A DNA stretch of 64,000 bases from assembly GCA_963755915.1 (NCBI GenBank), contig CAVWLP010000002.1, positions 3,584,001 through 3,648,000 of the forward strand, read 5' to 3'. Shown here in pieces: positions 44,235 to 55,978 of the stretch. A program made the position numbers and the translations under genes. This DNA is from an uncultured Phycisphaerales bacterium (lineage in GTDB: Bacteria > Planctomycetota > Phycisphaerae > Tepidisphaerales > Tepidisphaeraceae). Each line of letters begins with the position of its first letter. Positions within the stretch are counted from its first letter, which is position 1. The notes beneath the pieces were generated by a model. That model made no database searches and was not told where the DNA came from. It was given only the letters and a program-made list of their open reading frames with translations.

Positions 44235-46579
44235 ATGCGGAAGTCCAGAGTGCTGGCGTCTCTGCTGGGGGCAAGCGCCGTGGTTGTGAGGGCGAAATTG
44301 GGGTTAGCTGATACCTCGCTTTGGACAACCGAAGCCGATTTCGGCGGCAGCAGCTATGCCCCGAATCCACCACCCGCGGGCCAACCGCTTCAGACCGGTT
44401 ACCAAGGCTGGGGAAACTATGACGCGGGCCGCGGGACGGTACTCCCGACCGATTACTACGGTAACCCGATGACGTACAGTACCACCCCGCTGGGCTCGAC
44501 CAGCCCAACCGTTAATGGACTTGGCAACTTCGACAACGGCGGCCTGAACAGCCTGGCGACGCCGAATACTGACGCCAATTATGGCAAGTCCTGGGTAGGC
44601 CTTCAGGGAAATTCCGGGCCCACGCCCCTCGCGGGATCCATGACGCTTCAGGATTACCAGGGAGCCTCCGAGCAATTTGGGGATGGCGTCAACACGGGCG
44701 GCGGGTATGACCCGATCACTACCGGCGAGCTGATCGTCGTGCCCAACGGAACGAGCACCGTCAGTGCCGCATCGACGGCCCTGCTGAACAACCTCGCCAC
44801 GAGCACTTGCCTGGCAATTGACTTCACCGCTCCGGGCGGGGGAACCACACTCACCGCGGATGGCGACAATGCCAGCCCCTATTACATCCTCGAATTCGGA
44901 ATCAATAACACACAAAACAATGGCGGCGAATTTGTCACCGGTTGGGCCAACTGGTCGATGACGCTGAACTCCAGGGACACCGGCGCCTATGGCGACGATC
45001 CGGGTTCATTCGTCGTCACTCATGGCACCGGGGTAAACAGCTACTTCACAGCCTACATCCCTTACGATTACAGTGAAATCAACAATCCCGCCAATACCTA
45101 CATGCAGATGCAGATCATCCTGAACTCCGACGGTTACACCGGCGGAAACGTCACCATGAGCAATATCCGCACGGTTTCCCCGACATGGGCGGCCAGCGGC
45201 AGCGGCAGTTGGAACGACACCGGCACCATCACCGGCGCTACGACCAATTCAACCTCCGGCGCGGTCACCGGCGGAACGCTAACCAACCCCGCCACCACCG
45301 ACTGGATCGGCGCAGCGCCAACGGTCTCGGCGCGCCGGATGGATCCGGCCAGAGCGCTACGTTCGGTGATTTGGAAACCGGCAACGCGACCGTCACCCTG
45401 GACAGCACGCAAACCCTGGGAACGCTGAATTTTGATACGCTCAATTATCAGTACACGCTGGCCGTAGGCGTCGCCGGCGCGTTGGTCATGGATAACACCG
45501 TCAACGGCACAGCCCCGGCGCAAATCAACGACACAGCTGGCGGCACCGCATCGACCAACTACACTGAATTCCTCGCGGTGCCAATTACGCTCAACTCCAA
45601 TACGGTCATCACCGTCACCAGGGCAACGGACACACTTCAGATCGGCGGAGGCTTTTCGCCAACGGTCTCAGGCACAGGAAACGTAACCGTGGCCGGCTCG
45701 GGAACTTTGCTTCTGTATGGGCCAAACACGTACGGAAACACAACGGTGAATGCGGGGGCCAATCTGTTTGCTGCCACGGCGGGTGCGCTGCCGAACGGCC
45801 AGGCGCTGGTTAACAACGGCACGACCACGCTGGGCGGAAACGAAACCTTGGCTTCGTTAACCGGTACGGGCACATTGGAGGTCGGCGGGACGATCAATCT
45901 CAGCGGAACGCCGACCGCGTACACCGGCAACACGGTCATGCTCGCCAAAAACAGCGGCGGTGCCACCCAGGGAGGGCTGGTCATCGCGGCCAATTCGACG
46001 CTCGATATCACCAACAATCACATGATCATCACCTTCAGCGGTTCTGATCCGATATCGAGCATCTACAGCTACCTCAAGAGCGGCTACAACAATGGCGGAT
46101 GGAACGGCACGGGGATCATCTCCTCAACCGCGCAGTCCCTCACCGACGGACTGAAATACGGGGTCGGCTTCGCCGACGGAAGCGATCACGTTGTCACCGC
46201 GCTTTCCAGCGGCCAGATCGAACTGAAGTACACGCTGCTGGGCGATGCCAATCTGGATGGAACGGTGAACGGCTCTGATTTCTCCATCCTCGCGGCAAAT
46301 TTTGGTCTGGGTTATACGAATTGGGACCAAGGAAATTTCCTCTTCAGTTCCTCGGTAAACGGGAGCGACTTCAGCGCTCTTGCCGCCAATTTCGGTCAGG
46401 GCGACAGCGGCGCCGATGCCTACGTCACCCCCGCCGACATCGCTGCCCTCGACGCTTTCGCCGTCGCCAACGGGCTGCCGGTGCCGACGATCGGCGCGGT
46501 ACCGGAGCCGGCGTCTGCAGGATTGCTGGTGCTTGCCGCAAGCAGCGCGCTGGGTCGGCGGCGACGAAAGTTAATATAG
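44235..46579 (+). CDS. PEP-CTERM protein with beta-strand repeats and dockerin-like module (frameshift near 45330)
   Basis: Signal peptide, GDANLDGTVNGSDF, VPEPASAGLL..RRRRKLI. ORFs 44235..45428 and 45185..46579 join. Confidence 0.85.
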
Positions 46580-46673
46580 GTGGGCGTATCCCCCCCGACG
46601 CCTTGCGAAACGAGCAATCGATGGACCGCCTATCGCGGTATTCGGCCGCCGCGCGTTTTGTGATCGCCAACGT

Positions 46674-48617
46674 ATGACCGTCGAGCAGCAGATCACTACG
46701 GGGTTTGCGCATCATCGAGCGGGGCGCGTCGCGGAAGCGGAATCGCTGTATCGAGAGGCGCTGACGCGTGAGCCCACCCATGCCGAGGCATTGTATCTGC
46801 TGGGGACGCTGGCCCTTCAGACGAAGCGGTTTGACGTTGCCGCCGAATTGATCGCGAAGGCGCTTGCGGTCAAATCTGATTTTGCGCAGGGGCACTACAA
46901 CCTCGCCTTGGCGAATTTAAATCTCGAAAAATGGGAGGAAGCGGCGAGCGCGGCGCGAAGGGCGATTTCGCTGCGCCCCCGCGACGCGGACGCCCACCTG
47001 GTTCTTGGGAATGCTTTGAAAAGTGCGGGGAGAATTGAGGAGGCGGTCGCGGCGTTTGGGGAGGCGATTTCGATCCGGCCGGCTTACGCGGAGGCCTATT
47101 TCAATCTTGGCAACGCGCTGAGTGCCAATGGCCAGCAGGAGCAGGCGATTGCCGCGCTTCGGAAAGCAATCGAGTTGAGGCCGGCATTAGCCGCCGCGCA
47201 TTTGAGTTTGGGGCTGATATTTCAGGAGCAGCGGCGTTTCGAGGAGGCTGCGGGCGAATTCAAACAGGCAGCGATTTACGATCCGAATAATCCCGACGTG
47301 CATGGTCGACTGGCGATGACGCTGGCCGACCTGAAGCGCATTGATGAAGCGCAAAGGGCGCTGGATCGCGCTGTGATGCTGGCGCCGGATTCCGCGCGGA
47401 CGCACGAGGCGAGGGGAACGGTCCTACTTCGCAGCGGCGAAGGCGCGAAGGCCGTGGAAAGTTTTCAGCGCGCCATCGAGATCGCGCCGGAATCGTTGTC
47501 AAGCTGGATCAACCTTGGACAGGCGCTGCGTCAGGTGGGACGTTTCGAGGAGGCCACGCGCTGCGCAGCCGAAATTCTGGCCCTGCGGCCCGGGGCGGCG
47601 GAGGCATACACCATCCTGAGCGGCGTGGGGGCCGGCGCGGATGCCGGGCTGATCGCGAAGCTGGCACAGTGCTTAGAGGATCCGCGTATTTCGATATCCG
47701 ATCGCGCGGAACTTGGATTTGCCCTGGGAAAAATCCTCGACGAGGCGGATCGCTTTGATGAAGCGTTTGAGCAGTACGCGCGTGCCAATGCGCTGACACT
47801 GGATATTCGCCGCGCCGCGGGCGAGCGATACAGCAGCGACGTATTCGGGCGCGAAGTGGATGAATTGACCGAGGCGTCGACGGTGGAGTTCTTCGATCGC
47901 TCGCGAGATTGGGGAGAGCGATCGGAATTGCCGGTCTTTGTGGTGGGAATGCCGCGATCAGGGACGACGCTGGTGGAGCAGATCGCAGCAAGCCACCCGG
48001 AGGTTTGTGGCGCCGGCGAACTAAAAGACATCGGAAACATCGCCGCCTCGCTGGATCATGTGCAGATCGGCGCCGATGCGATCCGGAATGCGGCGAGAAA
48101 GCAGTTGGATCGCTTGCGGGCGATTGGAGGGACGGCGTCGCGCGTGATCGATAAAATGCCGGCCAACATCATGCATCTGGGATTGATCGCGATGCTATTT
48201 CCATCGGCTCGGATCATCCTCTGCCGGCGCGATCCGCGGGACACGTGCCTGTCGTGCTTTTTTCAGCGGTTTGGGGCGGGGAATCTCTTCGCGTTTGAAC
48301 TGCGTGATTGCGGGCGGCACCACGTGCATACCGACCGGCTCATCGCGCATTGGCTGAAGGTTTTGCCCGTGCGAATGCTGGAAGTGCGCTATGAAGAACT
48401 TGTGGCAAATCTGGAGGGACAGAGCCAGAGGATCATTGAGTTTCTAGGATTGCCGTGGAATCCGGCATGCCTTGAATTCCACAAAACCGAGCGGACGGTA
48501 CAGACGGCCAGCGCGTGGCAGGTGCGGCAGCCGATCTACACGCGATCGGTCGGACGGTGGAAGAATTACGAGAAACATCTGCCGGCGATGATGGAGGGCC
48601 TGGGGCTGCGAACGTGA
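46674..48617 (+). CDS. TPR-repeat sulfotransferase
   Basis: Many TPRs, then PVFVVGMPRSGTTLVEQI (PAPS loop), IDKMP, RDPRDTCLS, TASAWQVRQPIY. Confidence 0.92.
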   Translation: MTVEQQITTGFAHHRAGRVAEAESLYREALTREPTHAEALYLLGTLALQTKRFDVAAELIAKALAVKSDFAQGHYNLALANLNLEKWEEAASAARRAISLRPRDADAHLVLGNALKSAGRIEEAVAAFGEAISIRPAYAEAYFNLGNALSANGQQEQAIAALRKAIELRPALAAAHLSLGLIFQEQRRFEEAAGEFKQAAIYDPNNPDVHGRLAMTLADLKRIDEAQRALDRAVMLAPDSARTHEARGTVLLRSGEGAKAVESFQRAIEIAPESLSSWINLGQALRQVGRFEEATRCAAEILALRPGAAEAYTILSGVGAGADAGLIAKLAQCLEDPRISISDRAELGFALGKILDEADRFDEAFEQYARANALTLDIRRAAGERYSSDVFGREVDELTEASTVEFFDRSRDWGERSELPVFVVGMPRSGTTLVEQIAASHPEVCGAGELKDIGNIAASLDHVQIGADAIRNAARKQLDRLRAIGGTASRVIDKMPANIMHLGLIAMLFPSARIILCRRDPRDTCLSCFFQRFGAGNLFAFELRDCGRHHVHTDRLIAHWLKVLPVRMLEVRYEELVANLEGQSQRIIEFLGLPWNPACLEFHKTERTVQTASAWQVRQPIYTRSVGRWKNYEKHLPAMMEGLGLRT

Positions 48618-48676
48618 CGGTTTCATATCAATGAACGCTTACTCCGGGCGGCCCTCACCGCTATACTTGCGGCCCG

Positions 48677-50565
48677 GTGGACCGTCTTATCGAGGCAATC
48701 AACCAGGCCAGGGGGCATCATCGCGCCGGGCGGCTTTCCGACGCGGAGAAGATCTATCGGCAAGTGCTGGCGCAGAAGCCGGATCATTGCGAAGCGATGC
48801 ATCTGCTGGGGGTAATCGCCGGGCAGCGCGGAGACCTGGACATCGCGATCGCGATGATCCGGCGCGCGATCGAGATCGATGGCAATTATGCGGAAGCTTA
48901 TCGAAATCTGGGGGGGGTTTTGGCCCAGCGCAGTCGATTCGAAGAAGCGTGCAAGGCGCTTTGCAGGGCGTTGGAGCTGAGGCCGGACGATCAGCATACT
49001 CGGGCGGAGCTTGCGAAGGTGTGTTACAGCCTCGGTGCGGCGCGGATGCAGCAGGGTCGATTGAACGAAGCGATCACGGCGCACGGCAAGGCAGTTGAAA
49101 TCAATCCGGACTTTTGCATGGGGCATTTTGCATTGGCGCATGCGCTGCGCGGCGCCGGGCGGTTTGAAGACGCCCTGGCATCGTATCGGAGCGCGCTGGC
49201 GATTAAGCCGGACCTGATCGATGCGCACGTGAGCATGGCGGTCATTTTCGCGGAATTGCAGGGATTTGAAGAAGCGATGGCTTGTCACGCGCGTGCCGCG
49301 GCGATCGACCCCACCGCGGCGCCGGTACACGAGGCGATGGGGACGATTCTGCTGTCGCGGCATGGCGCCGGCGCGGCGATTCCGCATTTCCGCCGCGCTG
49401 TCGAAAAAGATCCAAAGTTGCTCTCCGCATGGGCGTCCCTGGGCTCGGCATTGCAGGCGCAGGGCGAGTTTGAAGAGGCGGGGAAATGTTTTCGAAAAAT
49501 GCTGGAAATTCAGCCCAGTTCCGCGACGGCGCTACAACATTTGGCCGCCGCGCACTGTAGGGAGGAGACGCCCCAGAAATTCAACCGATGCTGGACCTGC
49601 TCGATCGCCCGGATTTGACGCCGGAACAGCGAAGTGCCACAGAGTTTGCGCTTGGCAAGGTTTTGGACGATTCGCGGCGGTTTGACGAAGCGTTTGCGCG
49701 GTTCAAGGCTGCCAACGATCGCGTGAAACAGCAGAAGGCACTTGCAGGCGAGCGTTACGATCCCGCCATCATGCACAAGCAGGTGGATAGAATTATTGAC
49801 ACCTTCACGCCGGAATTTTTCCAGCAGAGGCACGGCTGGGGCAACCCGTCCGAGCTGCCGGTGTTCGTCGTGGGAGTGCCCAGGTCGGGCACAACATTGG
49901 TTCAGCAGATTGCCGGCAGTCACCCGCTCGTTCACGGCGCGGGGGAATTGAAGGCGATTTCGCAAATTGAAAGCGTGCTGGCGGGGGCCAATGGAAAGAT
50001 AGCCGCCGGCGACTGGCCTCGAGAGACGATTGAGCGATGCGCGGGCGAGCATCTGAGTCGCCTGCAATCGCTAAGGCCCGTGGCCGTGCGCGTGATTGAC
50101 AAGATGCCGAGCAATCTGCATCGGCTGGCGCTGATCTGTCTGATGTTTCCATCGGCGCGGGTGATCGTCTGCCGGCGCGATTCGCGGGACACCTGCCTCT
50201 CGTGCTATTTCCAGGGGTTCGCGGGGGGCGCCACGTTCTCCTTCGATCTGGCGGATTGCGGGCACTTCCATGTCGAAAATGAACGTCTGAGGGCGCACTG
50301 GCAGCACGCGTTGCCGCTACGGATGCTGGAAGTTCAATACGAGAGTGTCGTCGAAGATCTTGAGGGCCAGAGCCGCCGATTGATCGACTTCCTGGGCCTC
50401 CCGTGGCATCCGGCATGCCTTGAATTTCACCGCACCCAAACGACAGTGCTGACGCCGAGTCTGTGGCAGGTTCGACAGCCGATCTATCAAAGCTCGGTGG
50501 GACGGTGGCGACATTACGAGCACCATCTTGGGTCGCTGCTACGGGCGCTGGGTGAGGATACTTGA
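48677..50565 (+). CDS. TPR-repeat sulfotransferase, tandem paralogue (frameshift near 49570)
   Basis: TPRs in 48677..49618 and GVPRSGTT sulfotransferase domain in 49588..50565. Confidence 0.88.
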
Positions 50566-50581
50566 TTCGATGCCCAGGCGC

Positions 50582-50615
50582 AAAAAGAAAAATGCCACGG
50601 TTTCTATCCGTGGCA
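50582..50615 (-). terminator. Intrinsic terminator
   Basis: TGCCACGG/CCGTGGCA 8-bp stem with a T-rich tail on the minus strand, just after the 50655 stop. Confidence 0.7.
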
Positions 50616-50654
50616 CTAACACTGGCTGTCAGAACATCAAAGGGAAGAGACGAC

Positions 50655-51428
50655 TCAGTGCGCCTTGCGCCTGCGAACCAGCAGTGCCGGGGCACTGAGG
50701 CCGAGTAATCCCAGAGTTGCCGGCTCGGGGACATAGGTGACCTGGAGATTGTCGATGTAATAAATGACGTTTCCGTCCATGTTGCGTCCCATGTCGCTGT
50801 AGTCCTGGAGCGTCAGAGCGCGAACCTGGGCTCCTGCGCCGGTGAACGGGATATTAATCGTGTCCCACACCCCGGGGTCGGCGCCGTTATAGGTTGGATC
50901 TCCCAGCTCATACCCGTTGGCGTTCAGGTTGTTGCCGTCGATATAAATGTCCGGAACGCTGTTGTCGTCGTAGCCTGAGTCACGAGTGAAGATCTGAAAA
51001 TATCCATATCCGCCATAGGAGTCCGGCGACGAGGTCGGATCGACCATGATGTTGAACTGGATATCGGAGACCTGTGCTCCGGGCGAGCCGAACAGGTCCA
51101 TCGTGAAAGCGCACGAACCGGCTCCGACGGCGGCATAATCCATGAATTGTTGGAATTTTACCGAGCCTCCGCCGTTGCCGGTGTCGTCCTCCGTGCTGGA
51201 GAAGGTGACGCTTCGTGACGTCTGCCCGCCGCCGTAATCAAATCGCGCGGTGATGGGAGGCGGATTATAGTTGGTGACGTTGAGTTGCACCGAACTGGAA
51301 GTATCGAAGGTGTCGGTGAAACCATTTGCGGAATAGACCTGGGCGCTGGCCGCGGAGCCGCCCAGCCAGCAGATGCCGGCCGTCGCGAGCGACAACGCCT
51401 CGAGGCGAAGGAATGTCTTTGAACGCAT
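50655..51428 (-). CDS. Small PEP-CTERM protein, possible carbohydrate-binding beta-sandwich
   Basis: GGAGG RBS, signal peptide ending ASAQ, YYIDNLQV, VPEPATLGLL..RRRKAH. Confidence 0.85.
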   Translation of the reverse strand: MRSKTFLRLEALSLATAGICWLGGSAASAQVYSANGFTDTFDTSSSVQLNVTNYNPPPITARFDYGGGQTSRSVTFSSTEDDTGNGGGSVKFQQFMDYAAVGAGSCAFTMDLFGSPGAQVSDIQFNIMVDPTSSPDSYGGYGYFQIFTRDSGYDDNSVPDIYIDGNNLNANGYELGDPTYNGADPGVWDTINIPFTGAGAQVRALTLQDYSDMGRNMDGNVIYYIDNLQVTYVPEPATLGLLGLSAPALLVRRRKAH

Positions 51429-51554
51429 GTTTAGCTCTCCTCCGAAACGCGAAGTGACGTTTCGATGTTGGAAACCGAGGCAACCAGATAGAGGAAGGAA
51501 CACCCGTCCCCGGAAGTGAGTCTGGATGCCGAGATCTCGTAAAGACCGCCTATC

Positions 51555-51567
51555 TCATATATATGAA
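51555..51567. promoter_or_regulatory. Palindromic operator TCATATATATGA
   Basis: Perfect 12-bp palindrome, the symmetric version of the recurring 13-mer, upstream of the PEP-CTERM gene. Confidence 0.68.
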
Positions 51568-51624
51568 ATAATGAATTGAACTGCCGCGATTTTGTGTTGG
51601 TCTCACCTCCTGTTTGAAAGCGAT

Positions 51625-52698
51625 TCAGTTTGTTGCGACGGCAAGCTTCGGCTCGCGCGTGGAATCTCGAACGATCAGTTTTACGGGCAGTTCCTCGTGA
51701 CGATTGAGTTCGCGAATGCGACCGAGCGAACGGCCGAGCATGATCTCGGCAGCGCGGCGGCCGATTTCATATGCCGGCTGGCGCACCGTGGTGAGCGAGG
51801 GCGTCATCTCCGCCGCAAAATCGTCATCGGAGAAACCGACTACCGACACATCCTCGGGAATCCGAAGGTTCAATTCGGCAGCCGCTTTGTAAACCGTTCT
51901 GGCGTAAAGGTCGGTGGCGGTGAAAATCGCCGTGGGACGATCCGACCGTGAGAGCATCTCCCTTGCCTGTACGATACCGCGAACATATTCACCGGGGGGC
52001 CCTTCCAGGGTAAAGACGCCGGCACCCGGCATCCGTCCCACCGCGTTTTCGAATGCTTTGCGCCGCGCCGAAGCCCAAGTGGCGACATTCGGACGGGCGA
52101 GATTTCCAATCCGCCGGTGTCCCAGCGCATAGAGATGCTCGGCAACCATTTGTCCGCCCAAGGTTTCGTCGCTGCCGACGTAATCGGCGTTGAATTCGGG
52201 CGGAAGCTCGTGGTCGATAGTGACCACGGGGAGATTTCGAGAGGAAAATTCGTGGACGTGTTCGCTGAAGAGCTGCGCGAAGGAGGGCCAGAGAATCACC
52301 CCGTCGACGCGCCGATCGAGCATTCGATGGATTTGATCCAGCTCGGTACCGCTAGGCTCCTCGCGCCGGCGCGGCGACGGCCCCATGTAAACCGGCCAAA
52401 GTGTGATCGGAACGTGATCGGCTGCGGCGAGCACATCGTGAATGCCGAAGAGAACCTCCGCCCAGTAGAAATCAAACGGTGGCATCATGACCCCGATGGT
52501 TCGGGTCTTACCAGTCTGGATCCCGCGGACTAAGAGGTTGGGCCGATACTTGAGGCGTTCGGCAGCCTCAAGCACGCGCCGGCTGGTTTGGTCGGAGCTC
52601 ACCCTGCGGCCGGATAAGACAAGCGATACCGTGGATTGCGACACTCCCGCCTGCTCAGCGATGCGCTTCTGACTGGCTTGAAACCGTGAACGACTCAT
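51625..52698 (-). CDS. LacI-family transcriptional regulator (close paralogue of 37271..38338)
   Basis: IAEQAGVSQSTVSLVL, YRPNLLVRGIQTGKT, IPEDVSVVGFSD. Confidence 0.93.
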   Translation of the reverse strand: MSRSRFQASQKRIAEQAGVSQSTVSLVLSGRRVSSDQTSRRVLEAAERLKYRPNLLVRGIQTGKTRTIGVMMPPFDFYWAEVLFGIHDVLAAADHVPITLWPVYMGPSPRRREEPSGTELDQIHRMLDRRVDGVILWPSFAQLFSEHVHEFSSRNLPVVTIDHELPPEFNADYVGSDETLGGQMVAEHLYALGHRRIGNLARPNVATWASARRKAFENAVGRMPGAGVFTLEGPPGEYVRGIVQAREMLSRSDRPTAIFTATDLYARTVYKAAAELNLRIPEDVSVVGFSDDDFAAEMTPSLTTVRQPAYEIGRRAAEIMLGRSLGRIRELNRHEELPVKLIVRDSTREPKLAVATN

Positions 52699-52709
52699 GA
52701 TATCTTGGA

Positions 52710-52759
52710 GTAATATATATGAATTCACTTTTTTGTCAAAGTTATTTCATATATATTAC
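52710..52759. promoter_or_regulatory. Two inverted operator copies flanking a TTGACA box
   Basis: GTAATATATATGAA (52710-52723) and TTCATATATATTAC (52746-52759), between the divergent LacI and GH/ABC genes. Confidence 0.75.
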
Positions 52760-52815
52760 ACGAGACCGTTTTGCCTATTGTGCGGAGGCCATGACACCCC
52801 AGAGCGGCCAGCGCT

Positions 52816-55800
52816 ATGTGGGCACTTTCCCAGGATTCTCATAGCGTAAGATGTTGCAGTAAATATGTTTATGGGTTGAGTGGCGAACGGATTTCTGTCG
52901 GATCATTGGTTGCTCGAATCATCGATGTAGAATCCCATTATGCGGCCCGGTCTGACGCGGACGAGGATATATGTGGCGCAAAAAAGTCCTCAAACGCGCG
53001 GCGACGCGCGAAAACCCGGCGGCAATTCCAATCCTGTCTCAGCGAAATGCTCGAAACGCGCATGTTGCTGAACACGGCAACGATCGGGGCGGCGACCACA
53101 ATTCGCTCCGTCCCCGGCGACCTTTTGGGCATCAACACGGCGCCGTGGGATGGGCAACTCAGCTCAGCATCGACCCTCTCACTCGTCCAGGCCGCGGGCA
53201 TCAATGCGGTCAGAATCGGCGGTGGATCGACTGTCGATACCTGGCATTTCAATTCCACAAGCAACAGCCAATCGATCGGCCAACAGGCCGACTTCGCAGC
53301 TAACCTTGGCGCGACGGCAATCATTGATGTCGATTACGGCGAGGCCAGTCCGCAGGAAGCCGTTGCCGAGTGGGCGTACCTGGATGGCTCGCCGAACGAC
53401 ACCTATAGCATCGGCAGCGGCGAGCAATGGAACACCACGGAGGATAAATGGGTCTCCGTCAACTGGGGAACGGTGGGCCAATGGGCCTCGCTGCGCGCTG
53501 AAACTACGGTCGCGCCCAACTCATTGGGTGCAGATCACGCCGCCTCGTTCAATTTTACTTATTTCGAAATCGGCAACGAAGTGTACGGAAGCTGGGAAAC
53601 CGATGAGCACGGACAAACCGGCGATACTTTGCCGATGCCTGCGGGCGACAAACCAAAAGCGCACGATCCCACGACACTGGTTTCCTTCGCCGTTCAGTTT
53701 CAAAACGAAATCAACGCGATTCTGAACGACGGAATGGAATCGGGAGCGATGCCGATCTCCATCGGCATCGATAGCCAAGCCGTCGATACCAGCTTTAATA
53801 ACTGGATCGTGAATATCCTCAAGCAAAGCGCCGCGCAAGGGCTTAAGCTGGGCTTCATCGCAGATCACTATTATACCTCAGTTTCTCCAGGCAGTGAAAA
53901 CGACGCCACGCTTCTGGGTGTTTCGAATACGCCGGCAAGCGGAAATACGTATGACTGGTCCCAGCGCGCCGCTGATTACGACGCGCTCATCAACGAATAT
54001 CTTCCCGGGCAAAACGTGCAACTCTTTGCCGATGAAGTGAACTCCATCTCATCCGACCCGGGCAAACAATCGACGAGCCTCGTCAACGGATTGTTCATCG
54101 CCGACGCTCTGGGCAGCGTTCTCTACGCCACCGGCGCAGACAGCCTCGGCGGATACGAGGGCTTCTGGGTCTGGGATTTGCACAATGGACCGTCAACCGG
54201 AAATAACAACAGCTCAAGTCTGTACGGGTGGAGGCAGTACGGAGATTACGGAATCCTTGGAACCGGCAGCCCCGAGGCGCTCAACGAAACCACGCCGGAC
54301 TATTACGCGCTGCAACTGGCATCCAAAATCCTCCTGCCGGGCGGCACCGTCGTCGGCGCCAGCGAAGATAACGAAACCAGCGTCGATACCTATGCTATTG
54401 TTGAGCCCAACGGCGATCTCGATCTGCTCGTCATCAACAAGACCGATCCCGACAACGGAACTCCCCCGAACAATCTGCCCGATCCGACCTTGAGCGAGCA
54501 GTTCGATATTTCCGGATTTATCCCCAGCGGCCAGGCCACGATTTGGGAATTCGGCGTCGCCGAAGACGATGCGCAGGCGACGTCAACCGCGGCGGTGCCG
54601 ACAACGTCACTCACCAATTTCACGACGAGCCTGGCCGTGAGCAACGGCAGTTTCACCTATGCGCTGCCGGACTATTCGATGATGGTAATCGATTTGAAGC
54701 CAGACACCGGCCCGACGGTCGCCGAGGCCGCGGCGGCAAATCCCAATCCCATTGATCCATTTGCGACCGCGGCTTCCACTTCTCTGAGCGCTCTGGGCTC
54801 GGAGAATGGATCCGGCTCCGGTCTTACATACACCTGGTCATACAGCGGCCCGTCTGGTGTGACCTATTCGGGCAATACCAACGGCACGAACGCCTCCCAA
54901 GATATCACCGCGAATTTCACTCAGACCGGAACCTACAACTTCACCGTTACGATCCAAGATCCCGAGGATTTGTTCACCACCAGCACGGTGCAGGTGACGG
55001 TGGAAGCCGCCTTCGCCAGCCTAAACGGATCGGCTCTAATGATCACCCTCAACGGCAGCGGCGCCGTCGCCCTCAGCGGCTCGGGGAGTGATGTCACTGC
55101 CAGCGAAAACGGATTCCAGGCGAATTTCGGCGGCGTCAGCAGCATCGACGTCACGGATTCGGGGACCGGCGACACTCTAAATTTTAACGGCGGAATCACG
55201 ACGGCAATCAGTTTCAGCGGAGCCTCAGGTTCTACGATCGAAGTCAACGGCGGCACGCTCAATTTCGCGGGCGCCTCGACTATCGCTTTGGGCACGCTCA
55301 ATATCGCCTCCGGCGCACTCGCGGCCGTGCCGGTCAATTCCTCCGCCCAAACCCAGCTCCTGGTCAGCGGACTTTCCATCACCTCTGGAACGCTGGACCT
55401 AAGCGATAACGAGATGCTCATCACCTACGGCAGCGGCAGCGATCCGATGTCCACCATCTACACCTACCTCGAATCCGGCTACAACAACGGCGGCTGGAAT
55501 GGCACGGGCATCATTTCCACATCCGCGCACGCCCACCAATGGCTTCACCTACGCCCTGGGATTCTCGGACGGAAAAGACGGCGTCGTCAGCGGACTCTCT
55601 TCCGGACAGATCGAGGTTAAATACACGCTCCTTGGCGACGCCAATCTCGATGGGACGGTCAATGGGTCGGATTTCAGCATCCTCGCCGATAATTTCGGAC
55701 TTGGTTACACGAACTGGGACCAGGGCAACTTCCTTTTCACTCCCTCAGTCAACGGCTCCAATTTCTCTGCTCTTTCCGCTAACTTCGGCCAGGGCATCAC

Positions 55801-55978
55801 ACTTCCCGCTGCCGCGATCGTCGAAGCGCCGGCGGTGCCGGTAGCGGCAACGACCACGCCAACCGGCAGCACAACCAACAGCGATACAACCTCCTCGACG
55901 CCCGGCACTGACAGTGCGATACTTGACGCTCGCGCCGACATTCTCGGCAAACAACGGCGATATGGACGGAAATCGTGA
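52816..55978 (+). CDS. Secreted clan GH-A glycoside hydrolase (GH51/GH44-like) with Ig-like and dockerin-like modules; start uncertain, frameshift near 55525
   Basis: EMLETRMLL leader, GINTAPWD, RIGGGS, YFEIGNEVYGSWETD, LFADEVNS. GDANLDGTVNGSDF is in ORF 55499..55978. Confidence 0.78.
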
